From the NCBI GenBank assembly GCA_049437325.1, contig JBMTIM010000001.1, forward strand, positions 80,738-144,737: a DNA stretch of 64,000 nt, in the 5' to 3' direction. The DNA is from Acidimicrobiales bacterium (lineage in GTDB: Bacteria > Actinomycetota > Acidimicrobiia > Acidimicrobiales > Aldehydirespiratoraceae). The position numbers and the translations under genes are program-made. Of the stretch, positions 33,735 to 42,300 are shown in pieces. The notes under the pieces are model-generated. The model was not told where the DNA came from, ran no database searches, and saw only the letters and a program-made list of their open reading frames with translations. Within the stretch, counting starts at the first letter, position 1, and each line of letters opens with the position of its first letter.

Positions 33735-34624
33735 CAGTCGGACCAGGCCCTCCGCAGAATCTCGGCGACCGGCTCCACCGAATGGATCCGACCTTGGACC
33801 TGTCCGCTCATCGCAAAGCCGCTCTCCATGTCGCCACCGAAGTAGGTGCCCATCATGGCGTCGGGCGCCAGCTGCGCCGGCTCGTTGGCCGCATCGAGCG
33901 CTCTGGCCTTCTCGCTCGCCCACACGCGCATCGCCGGACGGTTGTGACGATTGACGATGACCGTGTCGACCTCGGAGCCATCGACGATCGATTGCTTCCA
34001 GTTGTCGTGGATCGGCGACTCGACGGACGACACCATCCGAGTGCCCATCTGCACACCATCAGCCCCCAACGCGAACGCCGCAGCCATCGAGCGCCCGTCG
34101 ACGAACCCGCCGGCTGCGATGATCGGTACGTCGAACCGCTCAGCGATCTCGGGCACGAGCACCAGGCACGATGCCCCGTCGGCATTCTTGAACCCGCCTC
34201 CCTCCGCTCCTTCGACCACGAGTCCATCGACCCCCGCATCGATCGCCTTCTGCGCGCCACGGATCGTCGGAACGACGTGGAAGACGGTGATCCCGAGGTC
34301 CTTGAGCCGTGGAACGAGGACCGACGGATCGCCCGCCGATGTGGTCACGAACGAGATCTCGTTCTCTGCCACGAAATCGACCATCGACAGCGGGTCACGG
34401 ATGAAGAGCTGGGCGAGGTTCATGCCGAACGGTCGATCGGTCAACGATCGCATCTTCGCCACCTCCCCCTTGATGGCGTCGAGTTCTCCCGATGACGTCT
34501 CGATGATCCCGAGCCCACCGGCATTCGAGACCGCGGACGCAAGCTGTGATCGTGCAATCCATCCCATCGGTGCCTGCACGATGGGGATCTCGATCCCGAG
34601 CATCTCGGTTATTCGGGTCTGCAT
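33677..34624 (-). CDS. Nitronate monooxygenase / FMN-dependent NAD(P)H oxidoreductase (2-nitropropane dioxygenase family)
   Basis: Track ORF, 315 aa. IEIPIVQAPMGWIARSQLASAVSNAGGLGII ; VPIIAAGGFVDGRSMAAAFALGADGVQMGTR. Strong SD (GGAGGTGAG) before the ATG. Confidence 0.85.
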   Translation of the reverse strand: MQTRITEMLGIEIPIVQAPMGWIARSQLASAVSNAGGLGIIETSSGELDAIKGEVAKMRSLTDRPFGMNLAQLFIRDPLSMVDFVAENEISFVTTSAGDPSVLVPRLKDLGITVFHVVPTIRGAQKAIDAGVDGLVVEGAEGGGFKNADGASCLVLVPEIAERFDVPIIAAGGFVDGRSMAAAFALGADGVQMGTRMVSSVESPIHDNWKQSIVDGSEVDTVIVNRHNRPAMRVWASEKARALDAANEPAQLAPDAMMGTYFGGDMESGFAMSGQVQGRIHSVEPVAEILRRAWSDCQSILRALGTSVADGSISK

Positions 34625-34768
34625 CTCACCTCCGGGGAGTTGACTGCCTCGACGCTACGCACCAGCGGACCGACCGTCGACGATGCCGTCGAAGATCGTG
34701 GCTGTTGTGGGGAACGGTCCAGTCTTCCATCTGCCGAGCTTTGGGCTCTCCGAGCCAGCGGCGGGCGG

Positions 34769-37700
34769 TCAGCGGAAGTCGCGCGATGCCGGGGCGGCAC
34801 CGACCGGAAGTGGTTCGAGGCGGTCAGCGACGACGTTGATCACGCCCTCTTCTTTCTCGAGGCGACCCTTGACGAGCAGTGCCGGCGCCCCTCGGGCCTC
34901 TCGCTTGTAGCGCTCCCAGCAACCCTTGGAGATGACAACGTTGATGAGGCCGGTTTCGTCTTCGAGGTTGAGAAAGGTGGTGCCTCCAGCAGTTGCTGGA
35001 CGTTGGCGATGGGTGACCACTCCCCCGACGGTGACCCTCTCGCCTGCCGGATGATCGACCAACCCGGCCGAGGTGACCACACCCATCTGGGAGAGCTCAT
35101 GGCGGATGAAACTGGTGGGATGTCCATCAGGGGCGACACCGGTGGCCCACAGGTCGGCATGGGCCAACTCTCGGGGCGACATCCCAGGCAGTGGGGGCGC
35201 CTCGACCCCGGTGATGATGCCAGGAAGACGATCCGAGGCGGTCTGCGCCATGGCACCGGCCGACCACAACGCTGACCGACGGTCGATGCCGAAACAACCA
35301 AATGCACCCGATGTCGCCAGTGCTTCGAGATGCGCGAGCGACAGCTTCGGCACCCGACGACGAAGATCCTCGACCGACGAATACGGCCGAAGGCCATCGA
35401 TCTCCTCGGCCAACTCGAGCCCGATACCACGCACATAGTCGATACCGAGACGGACGGCGACGTCACCGGTGCTGCGTGAGCATGGCTCGAGTGTGGCCAT
35501 TGCCGCCGATGCGTTGAGGTCGGGGGTGTGCACGATCACGCCGTGCCGTCGGGCATCGCCGACCAGCGTGTGAGGCGACCAGAAGCCCATCGGCTGCGCC
35601 TTGAGCAGAGCGGCACAAAAGGCGGCCGGGTAGTGGTACTTGATCCATGCCGAGGCGTAGACGAGATAGGAGAACGACACCGAGTGGCTCTCGGGAAACC
35701 CGTAGTTGGCGAAGGCAGCGAGCTTGAGCCAGATCTGTTCACCGATGTCGTCGGGGATGCCGTTCTCACGCATACCGTCGAAGAAGCGAGCCTTGAGCTG
35801 CTCCATACGCTCCTTGCTTCGTTTGGAACCAACGGCTTGGCGGAGCTGGTCGGCATCGGCCGGCGTGAAGTTGCCGACATCGATCGCAATCTGCATGAGC
35901 TGCTCCTGAAACAGCGGCACACCGAGGGTCTTGGCAAGTGCGTTCTCGAGCAGTGGGTGGAGGTAGGTGACCGGTTCCAGTCCATTGCGGCGTCGAATGT
36001 ACGGGTGCACCGATCCGCCCTGAATCGGACCTGGGCGGATGAGGGCGACCTCGACGACGAGGTCGTAGAAACAGCGCGGTTTGAGCCGAGGCAGGGTGGC
36101 CATCTGGGCTCGAGACTCGATCTGGAAGACACCGATCGAGTCGGCCCGCTGAAGCATGTCGTACACCTCGGACTCCTGGGGGAGGGTCGCAAGATCGACT
36201 TCGACACCATGGTGATCGGCAATGAGGTCGATGGCGTAGTGCAACACCGACAGCATCCCGAGCCCGAGCAGATCGAACTTCACGAGACCGGCAGCCGCAC
36301 AATCGTCCTTGTCCCACTGCAAGACGCTTCGATCGTCCATACGTCCCCACTCGACTGGACACACCTCGATCACCGGCCGATCGCACATGACCATGCCTCC
36401 GGAGTGGATCCCGAGATGACGGGGGAAGTGCTCCACCTCCGCCGCCAACTCCAGTACCGGCAACGGAATCGTGGTGTCAGGGTCTTGTGCGCCGGCGGCG
36501 ACGCTCCCCCACCGGTCGACCTGTTTGGAGAAGGCGTCCTGCTGGCCTTGGGCGTACCCGAGCGCCTTGGCCATGTCGCGGATCGCCGACTTGGAGCGGT
36601 AGGTGATGACATTGGCGACCTGAGCGCAGTGATGGCGACCGTGCTTGCTATAGACATACTGGATGACCTCTTCGCGTCGGTCTGACTCGATGTCGATGTC
36701 GATGTCGGGTGGGCCGTCTCGCTCCGGTGACAGGAAGCGCTCGAACAGCAGACCGAGCGATACGGCATCGGCATTGGTGATACCGAGGGCGAAGCACACT
36801 GCGGAGTTCGCCGCCGAACCCCGGCCTTGACAGAAGATGTTGGCACGCCGACAAAAGTCGACGACATCCCACACCACCAAGAAGTAGCCGGGGAAGTTGA
36901 GATCATGGATGAGGTCGAGTTCACGATCGAGTTGGGCCCATGCCCCCTCGATCCGCTCCTCGGTCCGGGGTCCGTATCGACGAGTACCGCCCTCCTCGAC
37001 CAGGCGGCGGAGAAATCCCATCTCGTCGAGTCCGTCGGGACAGGGATACGGCGGCAGATCCGGGGCGACCAACGAGAGGTCGAACGCACACTCGAGTCCC
37101 AGTTCGGCTGCCCGCTGCACCGCTCCGGGGTAGCGGGCGAACCGGGCCGCCTGCTCGGCGCCCGACCGCAGATGCATACCTGCCGGGGGAAGCCAACCAT
37201 CGATCTCGTCGAGGCTCCGTCGGGCACGCACTGCGGCCAGCGCAGAAGCGAGGCGCTTCCGGGCGACCGAATGATGATGGGCATTGGCAGTGGCGACGAC
37301 ATCGACTCCACACGACATCGCAAGTTCGGCGAGGGCATCGTTGCGAACCGAATCGAGTGGCAGACCGTGATCCCACAGTTCGACGAACACGTTCTGGTGG
37401 CCGAAGTCGCTGACCAGTCGCTCGAGTTCGCGCCGCCCCGCAGCCGGCCCTTCGGCGGCGAGCGCAGCAGGTACCGGACCTTTGCGACACGCAGTGAGTA
37501 CCGCCCAGTGATCACCGGTGCCGACGCCGGCGAGTTCGACCAATCGTTCGTACGGGATCCGAGGTGCCCCTTTCTCGCCGGCCAACTGCCCCTCACTGAT
37601 CGCTCGACCGAGCCGGGCATACCCTTCGGGTCCTCGGGCGAGGATGAGGATGTGCTTCCCTTCCGGATCGGCAGGCCCGGGACGACGGAGATCGATCGGT

Positions 37701-38137
37701 GCTCGTCGAGCCGGGCCGGACCGGACCGGCCTCGGCGACGGCGACGGCGACGGCGACAACGTGAGTTCGGCACCGAAAATGGTCGGCAGCCCGACTGCTT
37801 TGGCTGCCTCGGAAAACCGGACGACCCCATAGAAGCCGTTGTGATCGGTGAGGGCCAGCGCTTCGAGTCCGAGCCGTGCTGCCTCCTCGGCCAACTCCTC
37901 AGGATGAGAAGCACCGTCGAGAAACGAAAAGTTCGAGTGACAATGCAACTCGGCGTATGGGACGTCACCTCGACGACGGGCCCCGGACGGCGGCGTGTAG
38001 GGCTCTCGGGTGCGCGACCAAGCCGGGCTGTCACTTCCGTCGCCGACCCGCAGATCACCGACGCGACCGGTGGCCGGCCGATCCGAGAGACGGCGCTCGA
38101 GCTCTCCCCACGAGATCCCGGGATTGTCGAAACCCAT
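34769..38137 (-). CDS. dnaE2: Error-prone DNA polymerase III alpha-like DnaE2 (ImuC)
   Basis: Last 1122 codons of track ORF 34769..38446. The start MGFDNPGISWGELERRL (CAT 38135-38137) is collinear with M. tuberculosis DnaE2 MGWSNGPPSWAEMERVL. PHP motif YAELHCHSNFSFLDGAS. LexA box just upstream. Confidence 0.95.
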   Translation of the reverse strand: MGFDNPGISWGELERRLSDRPATGRVGDLRVGDGSDSPAWSRTREPYTPPSGARRRGDVPYAELHCHSNFSFLDGASHPEELAEEAARLGLEALALTDHNGFYGVVRFSEAAKAVGLPTIFGAELTLSPSPSPSPRPVRSGPARRAPIDLRRPGPADPEGKHILILARGPEGYARLGRAISEGQLAGEKGAPRIPYERLVELAGVGTGDHWAVLTACRKGPVPAALAAEGPAAGRRELERLVSDFGHQNVFVELWDHGLPLDSVRNDALAELAMSCGVDVVATANAHHHSVARKRLASALAAVRARRSLDEIDGWLPPAGMHLRSGAEQAARFARYPGAVQRAAELGLECAFDLSLVAPDLPPYPCPDGLDEMGFLRRLVEEGGTRRYGPRTEERIEGAWAQLDRELDLIHDLNFPGYFLVVWDVVDFCRRANIFCQGRGSAANSAVCFALGITNADAVSLGLLFERFLSPERDGPPDIDIDIESDRREEVIQYVYSKHGRHHCAQVANVITYRSKSAIRDMAKALGYAQGQQDAFSKQVDRWGSVAAGAQDPDTTIPLPVLELAAEVEHFPRHLGIHSGGMVMCDRPVIEVCPVEWGRMDDRSVLQWDKDDCAAAGLVKFDLLGLGMLSVLHYAIDLIADHHGVEVDLATLPQESEVYDMLQRADSIGVFQIESRAQMATLPRLKPRCFYDLVVEVALIRPGPIQGGSVHPYIRRRNGLEPVTYLHPLLENALAKTLGVPLFQEQLMQIAIDVGNFTPADADQLRQAVGSKRSKERMEQLKARFFDGMRENGIPDDIGEQIWLKLAAFANYGFPESHSVSFSYLVYASAWIKYHYPAAFCAALLKAQPMGFWSPHTLVGDARRHGVIVHTPDLNASAAMATLEPCSRSTGDVAVRLGIDYVRGIGLELAEEIDGLRPYSSVEDLRRRVPKLSLAHLEALATSGAFGCFGIDRRSALWSAGAMAQTASDRLPGIITGVEAPPLPGMSPRELAHADLWATGVAPDGHPTSFIRHELSQMGVVTSAGLVDHPAGERVTVGGVVTHRQRPATAGGTTFLNLEDETGLINVVISKGCWERYKREARGAPALLVKGRLEKEEGVINVVADRLEPLPVGAAPASRDFR
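37734..37757 (-). repeat. (GGCGAC)4 hexanucleotide microsatellite inside dnaE2 (encodes SPSPSPSP)
   Basis: Four perfect copies, read directly. It lies in a low-complexity insertion after the PHP region (LTLSPSPSPSPRPVRSG). Confidence 0.9.
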
Positions 38138-38143
38138 CGTCGC

Positions 38144-38172
38144 ACGGTACCGAACATATGTTCGTATCACAA
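38144..38172 (-). promoter_or_regulatory. Putative leaderless dnaE2 promoter: -35 TTGTGA, 17-nt spacer containing the LexA box, -10 TACCGT, 6 nt, ATG
   Basis: Read on the minus strand: TTGTGA-TACGAACATATGTTCGG-TACCGT-GCGACG-ATG. The -10 fits the actinobacterial TAnnnT pattern. No SD. Confidence 0.5.
38151..38164. promoter_or_regulatory. LexA (SOS/Cheo) box CGAACATATGTTCG upstream of dnaE2
   Basis: Perfect palindrome matching the Gram-positive/actinobacterial LexA consensus CGAAC-N4-GTTCG, 14-27 nt upstream of the dnaE2 ATG. Confidence 0.8.
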
Positions 38173-38196
38173 ACTCTGCGGACGCCCGATGAGCCG

Positions 38197-39363
38197 TCAG
38201 ACGAGACGACGCAGATACACCGCCCGTACGGCGAGGGCGTCTCGTACCTCGCTGGTCATCTCCTCGGCGAACTCCGACCGGTACGCCTGGTCGGTCACGA
38301 TCTGCACTGCGAAATTGAGTCCCGACATCAACCCGATGAACGCCGCCACGAGCAGGAGTTGACGCGTGAAGATCACGTCGGTTCCGAAGACAGCGAAGAC
38401 GACCGCCCAGTCGCGTTCGAAGGTCAGCTCGGTGGCGGTCGTCCACTGACCCAGCGTGTCCTCACGCACGGTGAGCAGACCGAAGATCACGTAGAACACT
38501 GTGACCACGAACGACACCAGAACAATCTGGATCCCTTGGGCGACGAAGAGCAGCAGACTCACGTTGATCTCGGCTCGTCGCGGCAGCGTGGGAGCGTCGG
38601 GGGCCGGATCGTCGTCGGACGGCACCAGCTCGGCGACCGGCGTACCCCCACACCGAGCCCGAACCTCGGACCACGCCTCGAACCGTGCGAGGTCGACGGT
38701 GATGCGGCGAACCGATACGAACACGAAGACCCCTCCAAGCCCGACGATCAAGCCGAAGACGACTCCGAACAACGGCAGGGTCCAGTCGTTGGCCACCTGC
38801 CACATCTCGGCATTGATGAAGATGAAGGCCGAGAACACGAGAAGCGTCGGCACCGTCTTCATGGCAAGGGTGGCGACGTCGTTGATCTGACGTCGCACCT
38901 GCCCCAACGACCACCGCATCATCGAGAACAAACCCCACGTGGTGACGATGTAGCCCAAGGCGAGAACGGCCAGGTTGAATCCGATGACGGAGATGATGTT
39001 GTCCCACACCGAGCGTTGCGAACCGATCACCGTGGGGACGACGGGGAGCAGCACGTAGAGCGCGAGCTCCCACACACCGACCTCGTTCGGCAACGCCAGC
39101 GGACGACGCCCTCGGATCCGGTTCACGACTGCGACCGACGTGACGAGCGCAGCGAGACACACCCCGAACGCAACGCTCTGCCACCAGCCTGTCCAGCGAT
39201 CACCAAAGGCCAAGAAGAACTCGAAAAAGACGACCAGTGCGAGGAACGGCGCCATACGGGTGAAGACATCCTCGGTGGCCGAATAGCGATCGATCAGGTG
39301 CGGTAGTCCTCGCCGAACGAACCAGCGCTCGGTGAGGTCAACAGTGGATCGCGACCGACTCAT
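38197..39363 (-). CDS. Uncharacterised polytopic integral membrane protein (388 aa) located between imuB and dnaE2
   Basis: Last 388 codons of track ORF 38197..39627. Start at MSRSRSTVDL (CAT 39361-39363), with GGGGGA about 9 nt upstream. About 8 hydrophobic helices. No domain recognised. Confidence 0.7.
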   Translation of the reverse strand: MSRSRSTVDLTERWFVRRGLPHLIDRYSATEDVFTRMAPFLALVVFFEFFLAFGDRWTGWWQSVAFGVCLAALVTSVAVVNRIRGRRPLALPNEVGVWELALYVLLPVVPTVIGSQRSVWDNIISVIGFNLAVLALGYIVTTWGLFSMMRWSLGQVRRQINDVATLAMKTVPTLLVFSAFIFINAEMWQVANDWTLPLFGVVFGLIVGLGGVFVFVSVRRITVDLARFEAWSEVRARCGGTPVAELVPSDDDPAPDAPTLPRRAEINVSLLLFVAQGIQIVLVSFVVTVFYVIFGLLTVREDTLGQWTTATELTFERDWAVVFAVFGTDVIFTRQLLLVAAFIGLMSGLNFAVQIVTDQAYRSEFAEEMTSEVRDALAVRAVYLRRLV

Positions 39364-39476
39364 GGACACCGTTCCCCCAGCGTGTCGTCCCGAGAACTGT
39401 GACACATGACGGTGGCCCCCAGCACCACTTCTTGGATCGAAGCCACAACCCCGACCACCCCTCCATCTTCTCGCTC

Positions 39477-41033
39477 TCAGTCCCACCGCGCCGTCACCCG
39501 CCACACACCTGCTTCGAGCACGACGAGCAGCGCTCGACCATCGGCGGTGACGAGCTGTAGCCGTGCCTGTCGGCAATGTGCCTCGACGTCCCACCAACGC
39601 TCGTCGATCGGCCACGGCCCCGACCATCCGATCACCACCTTGCGTTGACCCTTGACGATCAGTCGAGCAGGTGGTGCCGAGAGCAACCCACGACCGGTGA
39701 CCTCGATCACGGCACCGGATTCGTCGAGGACCTCCACGACCACCGGGTCGAGGAGCAGCCGGGTGGGAGACGGAGCCGGGAGCGAGCCGGGCCAGGGGGC
39801 GGTCTCATCACCGGGGTCGAGCGACCGACCGGCAAGTTCGACGGTAACCGCAGGAATCAGTGTCAGCTGCTCATGGGAATGGCGGCTGCCGCAGAACTCA
39901 GGCACCAGCACGGTCTCCGTACCGAACTGACCCTGTAGACGAGCTGCGATACGCATGGCCCGTTGGTCCACCTCGGTCTCGCCACCCCAGAAGCCGAGTT
40001 GGCGCCCGGTGGCGGCGATGAGCTCGTCGGGAACGAGCGCGATGCACGTGATGCCACCACTCGGTCTGGTCACCGCCGACCCGTTGAGCCAGCCGTCGAG
40101 CTGCCATCGCACCCGGTCGGCAACCGCTGCGTCGGACAACATCCCCTCGTGTCGCCAGAACCGGATGAGCTCTTCACCGTGTTCGGTCTCGGCTCGGATC
40201 CCCACCCGAACACAGGTGACCCCGTCGCGGCCGAGCCGTCGATGCAGTTCGTCGGCGATCGAACGAGCGACGAACGCAACCCGATCGATCCGGTCGGCCG
40301 GTGGATCGATCTCAGCCGAAACCGACCAATCGGCCGGGGGCCGGCGGGCATCGGGCAGTCGTTCCTCGAGTCCTGACGCCAACCGATGTGCACCTTGTCC
40401 TTCACGGCCGAAGCGGCCCAGAACGTCGTTTGCAGGCAGCTGAGCAAACGCACCGAGCGTGGTGATCCCGAGTCGACGGAGCACGCCGGTGAGATCGGGT
40501 CGGTCGAGCAGGTCGATGTTCATCGGTGCGAGGAACTCGGCGGTGGTTCCCGGCGGTATCACTCGGATCGGGGCAGCGCCCCGAGCGGCCAGTTCAGCGG
40601 CAAAGGGCCCATCGGCCACCCCGATGCGCACATCGGTACGACCGCCGACAACCTCGGCCATCCGCGCTCGTGCAAGGTCGGCCACCGCATCGTCACCACC
40701 GAAGTAGCGCGACGGGCCCCGGGAAACGAGCGCACACGTGCCGGGGCGGGTGACCTCGACCCTGGGGGTGATGTCGTCGAGTACGGCGACAACCGGTTCG
40801 AACAAACGTGCCTCTTTGGCCTCGTCTCGGTCGTGGATCGACAACTCGGGGCATCGGGCCTGGGCCATCCTTCGTCGCAAACCTCGTACGACCCCGTGGG
40901 CGCGAGCGCCGGGCGACGCAGCGATGACCCGGTTGGCGAACAAAACCACCGACGGTTCATCGAGCGGTACGCCGGTGGCAACAAGTGGCCAATCAGGACA
41001 CCACGCAACAAGCGTGCGGACGGGTACGACCAT
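39477..41033 (-). CDS. imuB: ImuB (catalytically inactive Y-family polymerase-like mutasome subunit)
   Basis: Last 518 codons of track ORF 39477..41375. Start at MVVPVRTLVAWCPDWP (CAT 41031-41033), an ATGA overlap with the imuA' stop. The Y-family-like N-terminal half matches ImuB as I recall it. Confidence 0.9.
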   Translation of the reverse strand: MVVPVRTLVAWCPDWPLVATGVPLDEPSVVLFANRVIAASPGARAHGVVRGLRRRMAQARCPELSIHDRDEAKEARLFEPVVAVLDDITPRVEVTRPGTCALVSRGPSRYFGGDDAVADLARARMAEVVGGRTDVRIGVADGPFAAELAARGAAPIRVIPPGTTAEFLAPMNIDLLDRPDLTGVLRRLGITTLGAFAQLPANDVLGRFGREGQGAHRLASGLEERLPDARRPPADWSVSAEIDPPADRIDRVAFVARSIADELHRRLGRDGVTCVRVGIRAETEHGEELIRFWRHEGMLSDAAVADRVRWQLDGWLNGSAVTRPSGGITCIALVPDELIAATGRQLGFWGGETEVDQRAMRIAARLQGQFGTETVLVPEFCGSRHSHEQLTLIPAVTVELAGRSLDPGDETAPWPGSLPAPSPTRLLLDPVVVEVLDESGAVIEVTGRGLLSAPPARLIVKGQRKVVIGWSGPWPIDERWWDVEAHCRQARLQLVTADGRALLVVLEAGVWRVTARWD

Positions 41034-41740
41034 CAGTCGACTGTGGCCACGGGATGAGGTGCGCCTCCGGGGCCGGGGAGCAAGACATCGAGCGATCGAG
41101 GTCGCGCCGCCGCTCCCTTGCCACCTCCGGCGATGGTGACCTTGCGTGATTGCAACACGCCATGACCGATACCGATGCCGCACCATCGCGACTCGACGAC
41201 GTCGAGCTGTACGTCGGCACCAACCGGCCACTGTGAGCCGATGCTCACCAGTACCGAACCCCGTTCGCGCAGGCGAGAACCGATCCGGCGAGCATCGGCC
41301 TCGCGCAACCGATGCCTGGGTGAGATGACGATCATGTCGACTGCACCGATCAGCGCAGCGACAGCCGACGGCCACGCGGAGGGTTCGGGATCGATGACCA
41401 GCAACCGCTCGAGCACCACTCCGTGTTCACCTGCTGCAGCGAGACCGATGTCGGTACCGCCGACGAACGCTGTCCATGATCCGGCCGCAGAGGGGCCAGC
41501 GGCAACAGCGAGTGCGAGCGAGGTGGCACCGACCCCTCCGACACCGACGACAACTCCTCGGCGCAGCGCTCCATCGGGAAACAGCGAAGTCAGTGCACCA
41601 TGAACCGGAAGGGTCTGCTCACGGGCGAGAGCGAGCGGCGTGACTCGGTCGGCAACCAGCTCGAGTTGTGCTCGTCGCACGGCTTGATGAGGACCATCGA
41701 GCGTGTCGACAGCAAGGTTTCGCGCATGCCTGTGTGCCAT
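41033..41740 (-). CDS. imuA: ImuA' (RecA/SulA-fold mutasome accessory protein)
   Basis: Track ORF 41033..41758. ATG 41740 (MAHRHARNL) preferred, because the GTG at 41758 lies inside the LexA box. P-loop-like GVGGVGATSLALAVAA segment. Position upstream of imuB. Confidence 0.8.
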   Translation of the reverse strand: MAHRHARNLAVDTLDGPHQAVRRAQLELVADRVTPLALAREQTLPVHGALTSLFPDGALRRGVVVGVGGVGATSLALAVAAGPSAAGSWTAFVGGTDIGLAAAGEHGVVLERLLVIDPEPSAWPSAVAALIGAVDMIVISPRHRLREADARRIGSRLRERGSVLVSIGSQWPVGADVQLDVVESRWCGIGIGHGVLQSRKVTIAGGGKGAAARPRSLDVLLPGPGGAPHPVATVD

Positions 41741-41746
41741 CCCGCG

Positions 41747-41775
41747 AGTATCGAACACCTGTTCGCTTTGCGCAA
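41747..41775 (-). promoter_or_regulatory. Putative leaderless imuA' promoter: -35 TTGCGC, 17-nt spacer containing the LexA box, -10 GATACT, 6 nt, ATG
   Basis: Read on the minus strand: TTGCGC-AAAGCGAACAGGTGTTC-GATACT-CGCGGG-ATG. Same geometry as the dnaE2 promoter. Confidence 0.5.
41751..41766. promoter_or_regulatory. LexA (SOS) box TCGAACACCTGTTCGC upstream of imuA'
   Basis: GAAC-N4-GTTC core with TC/GC flanks, close to the mycobacterial TCGAAC-N4-GTTCGA consensus, 11-26 nt upstream of ATG 41740. Confidence 0.75.
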
Positions 41776-41904
41776 GAGGCGCTCCGGGACGATGACTCGA
41801 TCAGACGCACTGCGATCTTCGACATCAGGTGATGATCGGTTGCGCTCCTCGGAACGATCTCGGTCATCGGGAATGCGACACCCTGTCGCCGGGTTCTGAC
41901 CGAC

Positions 41905-42213
41905 ATGAGAGTCGACGTGAGTACCGCTGCAGCTGCCGCTATCGCCCGCAAGGGGGGAACTGCGGTCGTCGACCTGCTCGAACCATACGGTTGAGGCAAG
42001 AAGTTCGAGGTGTCGGTCGACACCCACACGACCGGCAGAACCCTCGAGGGCTACACCCGAGCGAGCATCGACGAGGTGCTCATCCTCATCGACCCTGATC
42101 TTGCCCGACTCCCCGTCGAGATCCATGTGACGAAGGCCGGACTCTTCGGTCGCGGCGTCGGTGTGTTTGTCGATGGGCTCGACGGTGCTCCCTGTCCGAT
42201 CGATCTCATCTGA
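41905..42213 (+). CDS. Candidate UGA-recoded small protein (102 codons if TGA 41992-41994 is read as Sec); otherwise a 67-aa ORF from GTG 42010
   Basis: ATG 41905 opens 29 codons (MRVDVSTAAAAAIARKGGTAVVDLLEPYG). Then comes an in-frame TGA, then the same frame continues GKKFEVSVDTHTTGRTLEGY...GAPCPIDLI to TGA 42213 (track ORF 42010..42213). A hairpin with a GGUC loop lies 14 nt after the TGA. Weak SD. Third-position GC is lower (about 62-75%) than in neighbouring genes. Confidence 0.35.
42009..42024 (+). other. SECIS-like hairpin GGUGUC-GGUC-GACACC downstream of in-frame UGA
   Basis: Perfect 6-bp stem with a GGUC tetraloop, starting 14 nt after TGA 41992-41994. A possible lower stem is UCG(42005-07)/CGA(42029-31). 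Confidence 0.35.
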
Positions 42214-42300
42214 TCGATCCTTCTCGCACCAGGGTGCCCACCGACCCGACGATCGCACCGGCTCCGGCGAATCGTGGGCGGAGAGGTAGGGTCGGCGCCG

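Noticed and set aside
36370-38157. 595-aa minus-strand ORF and 511-aa plus-strand ORF (36827..38362) within dnaE2
   Set aside because: These are an alternative frame and an antisense frame of dnaE2. Their Ser/Arg/Pro-rich translations are typical of off-frame high-GC sequence.
39385-39415. GTCATGTGTCACAGTTCTCGG upstream of the membrane gene as a RecA-independent (PafBC-type) DNA-damage promoter motif
   Set aside because: It only partly resembles the TGTCAGTG-N8-TAnnnT motif as I recall it, and no TAnnnT hexamer sits at the right spacing.
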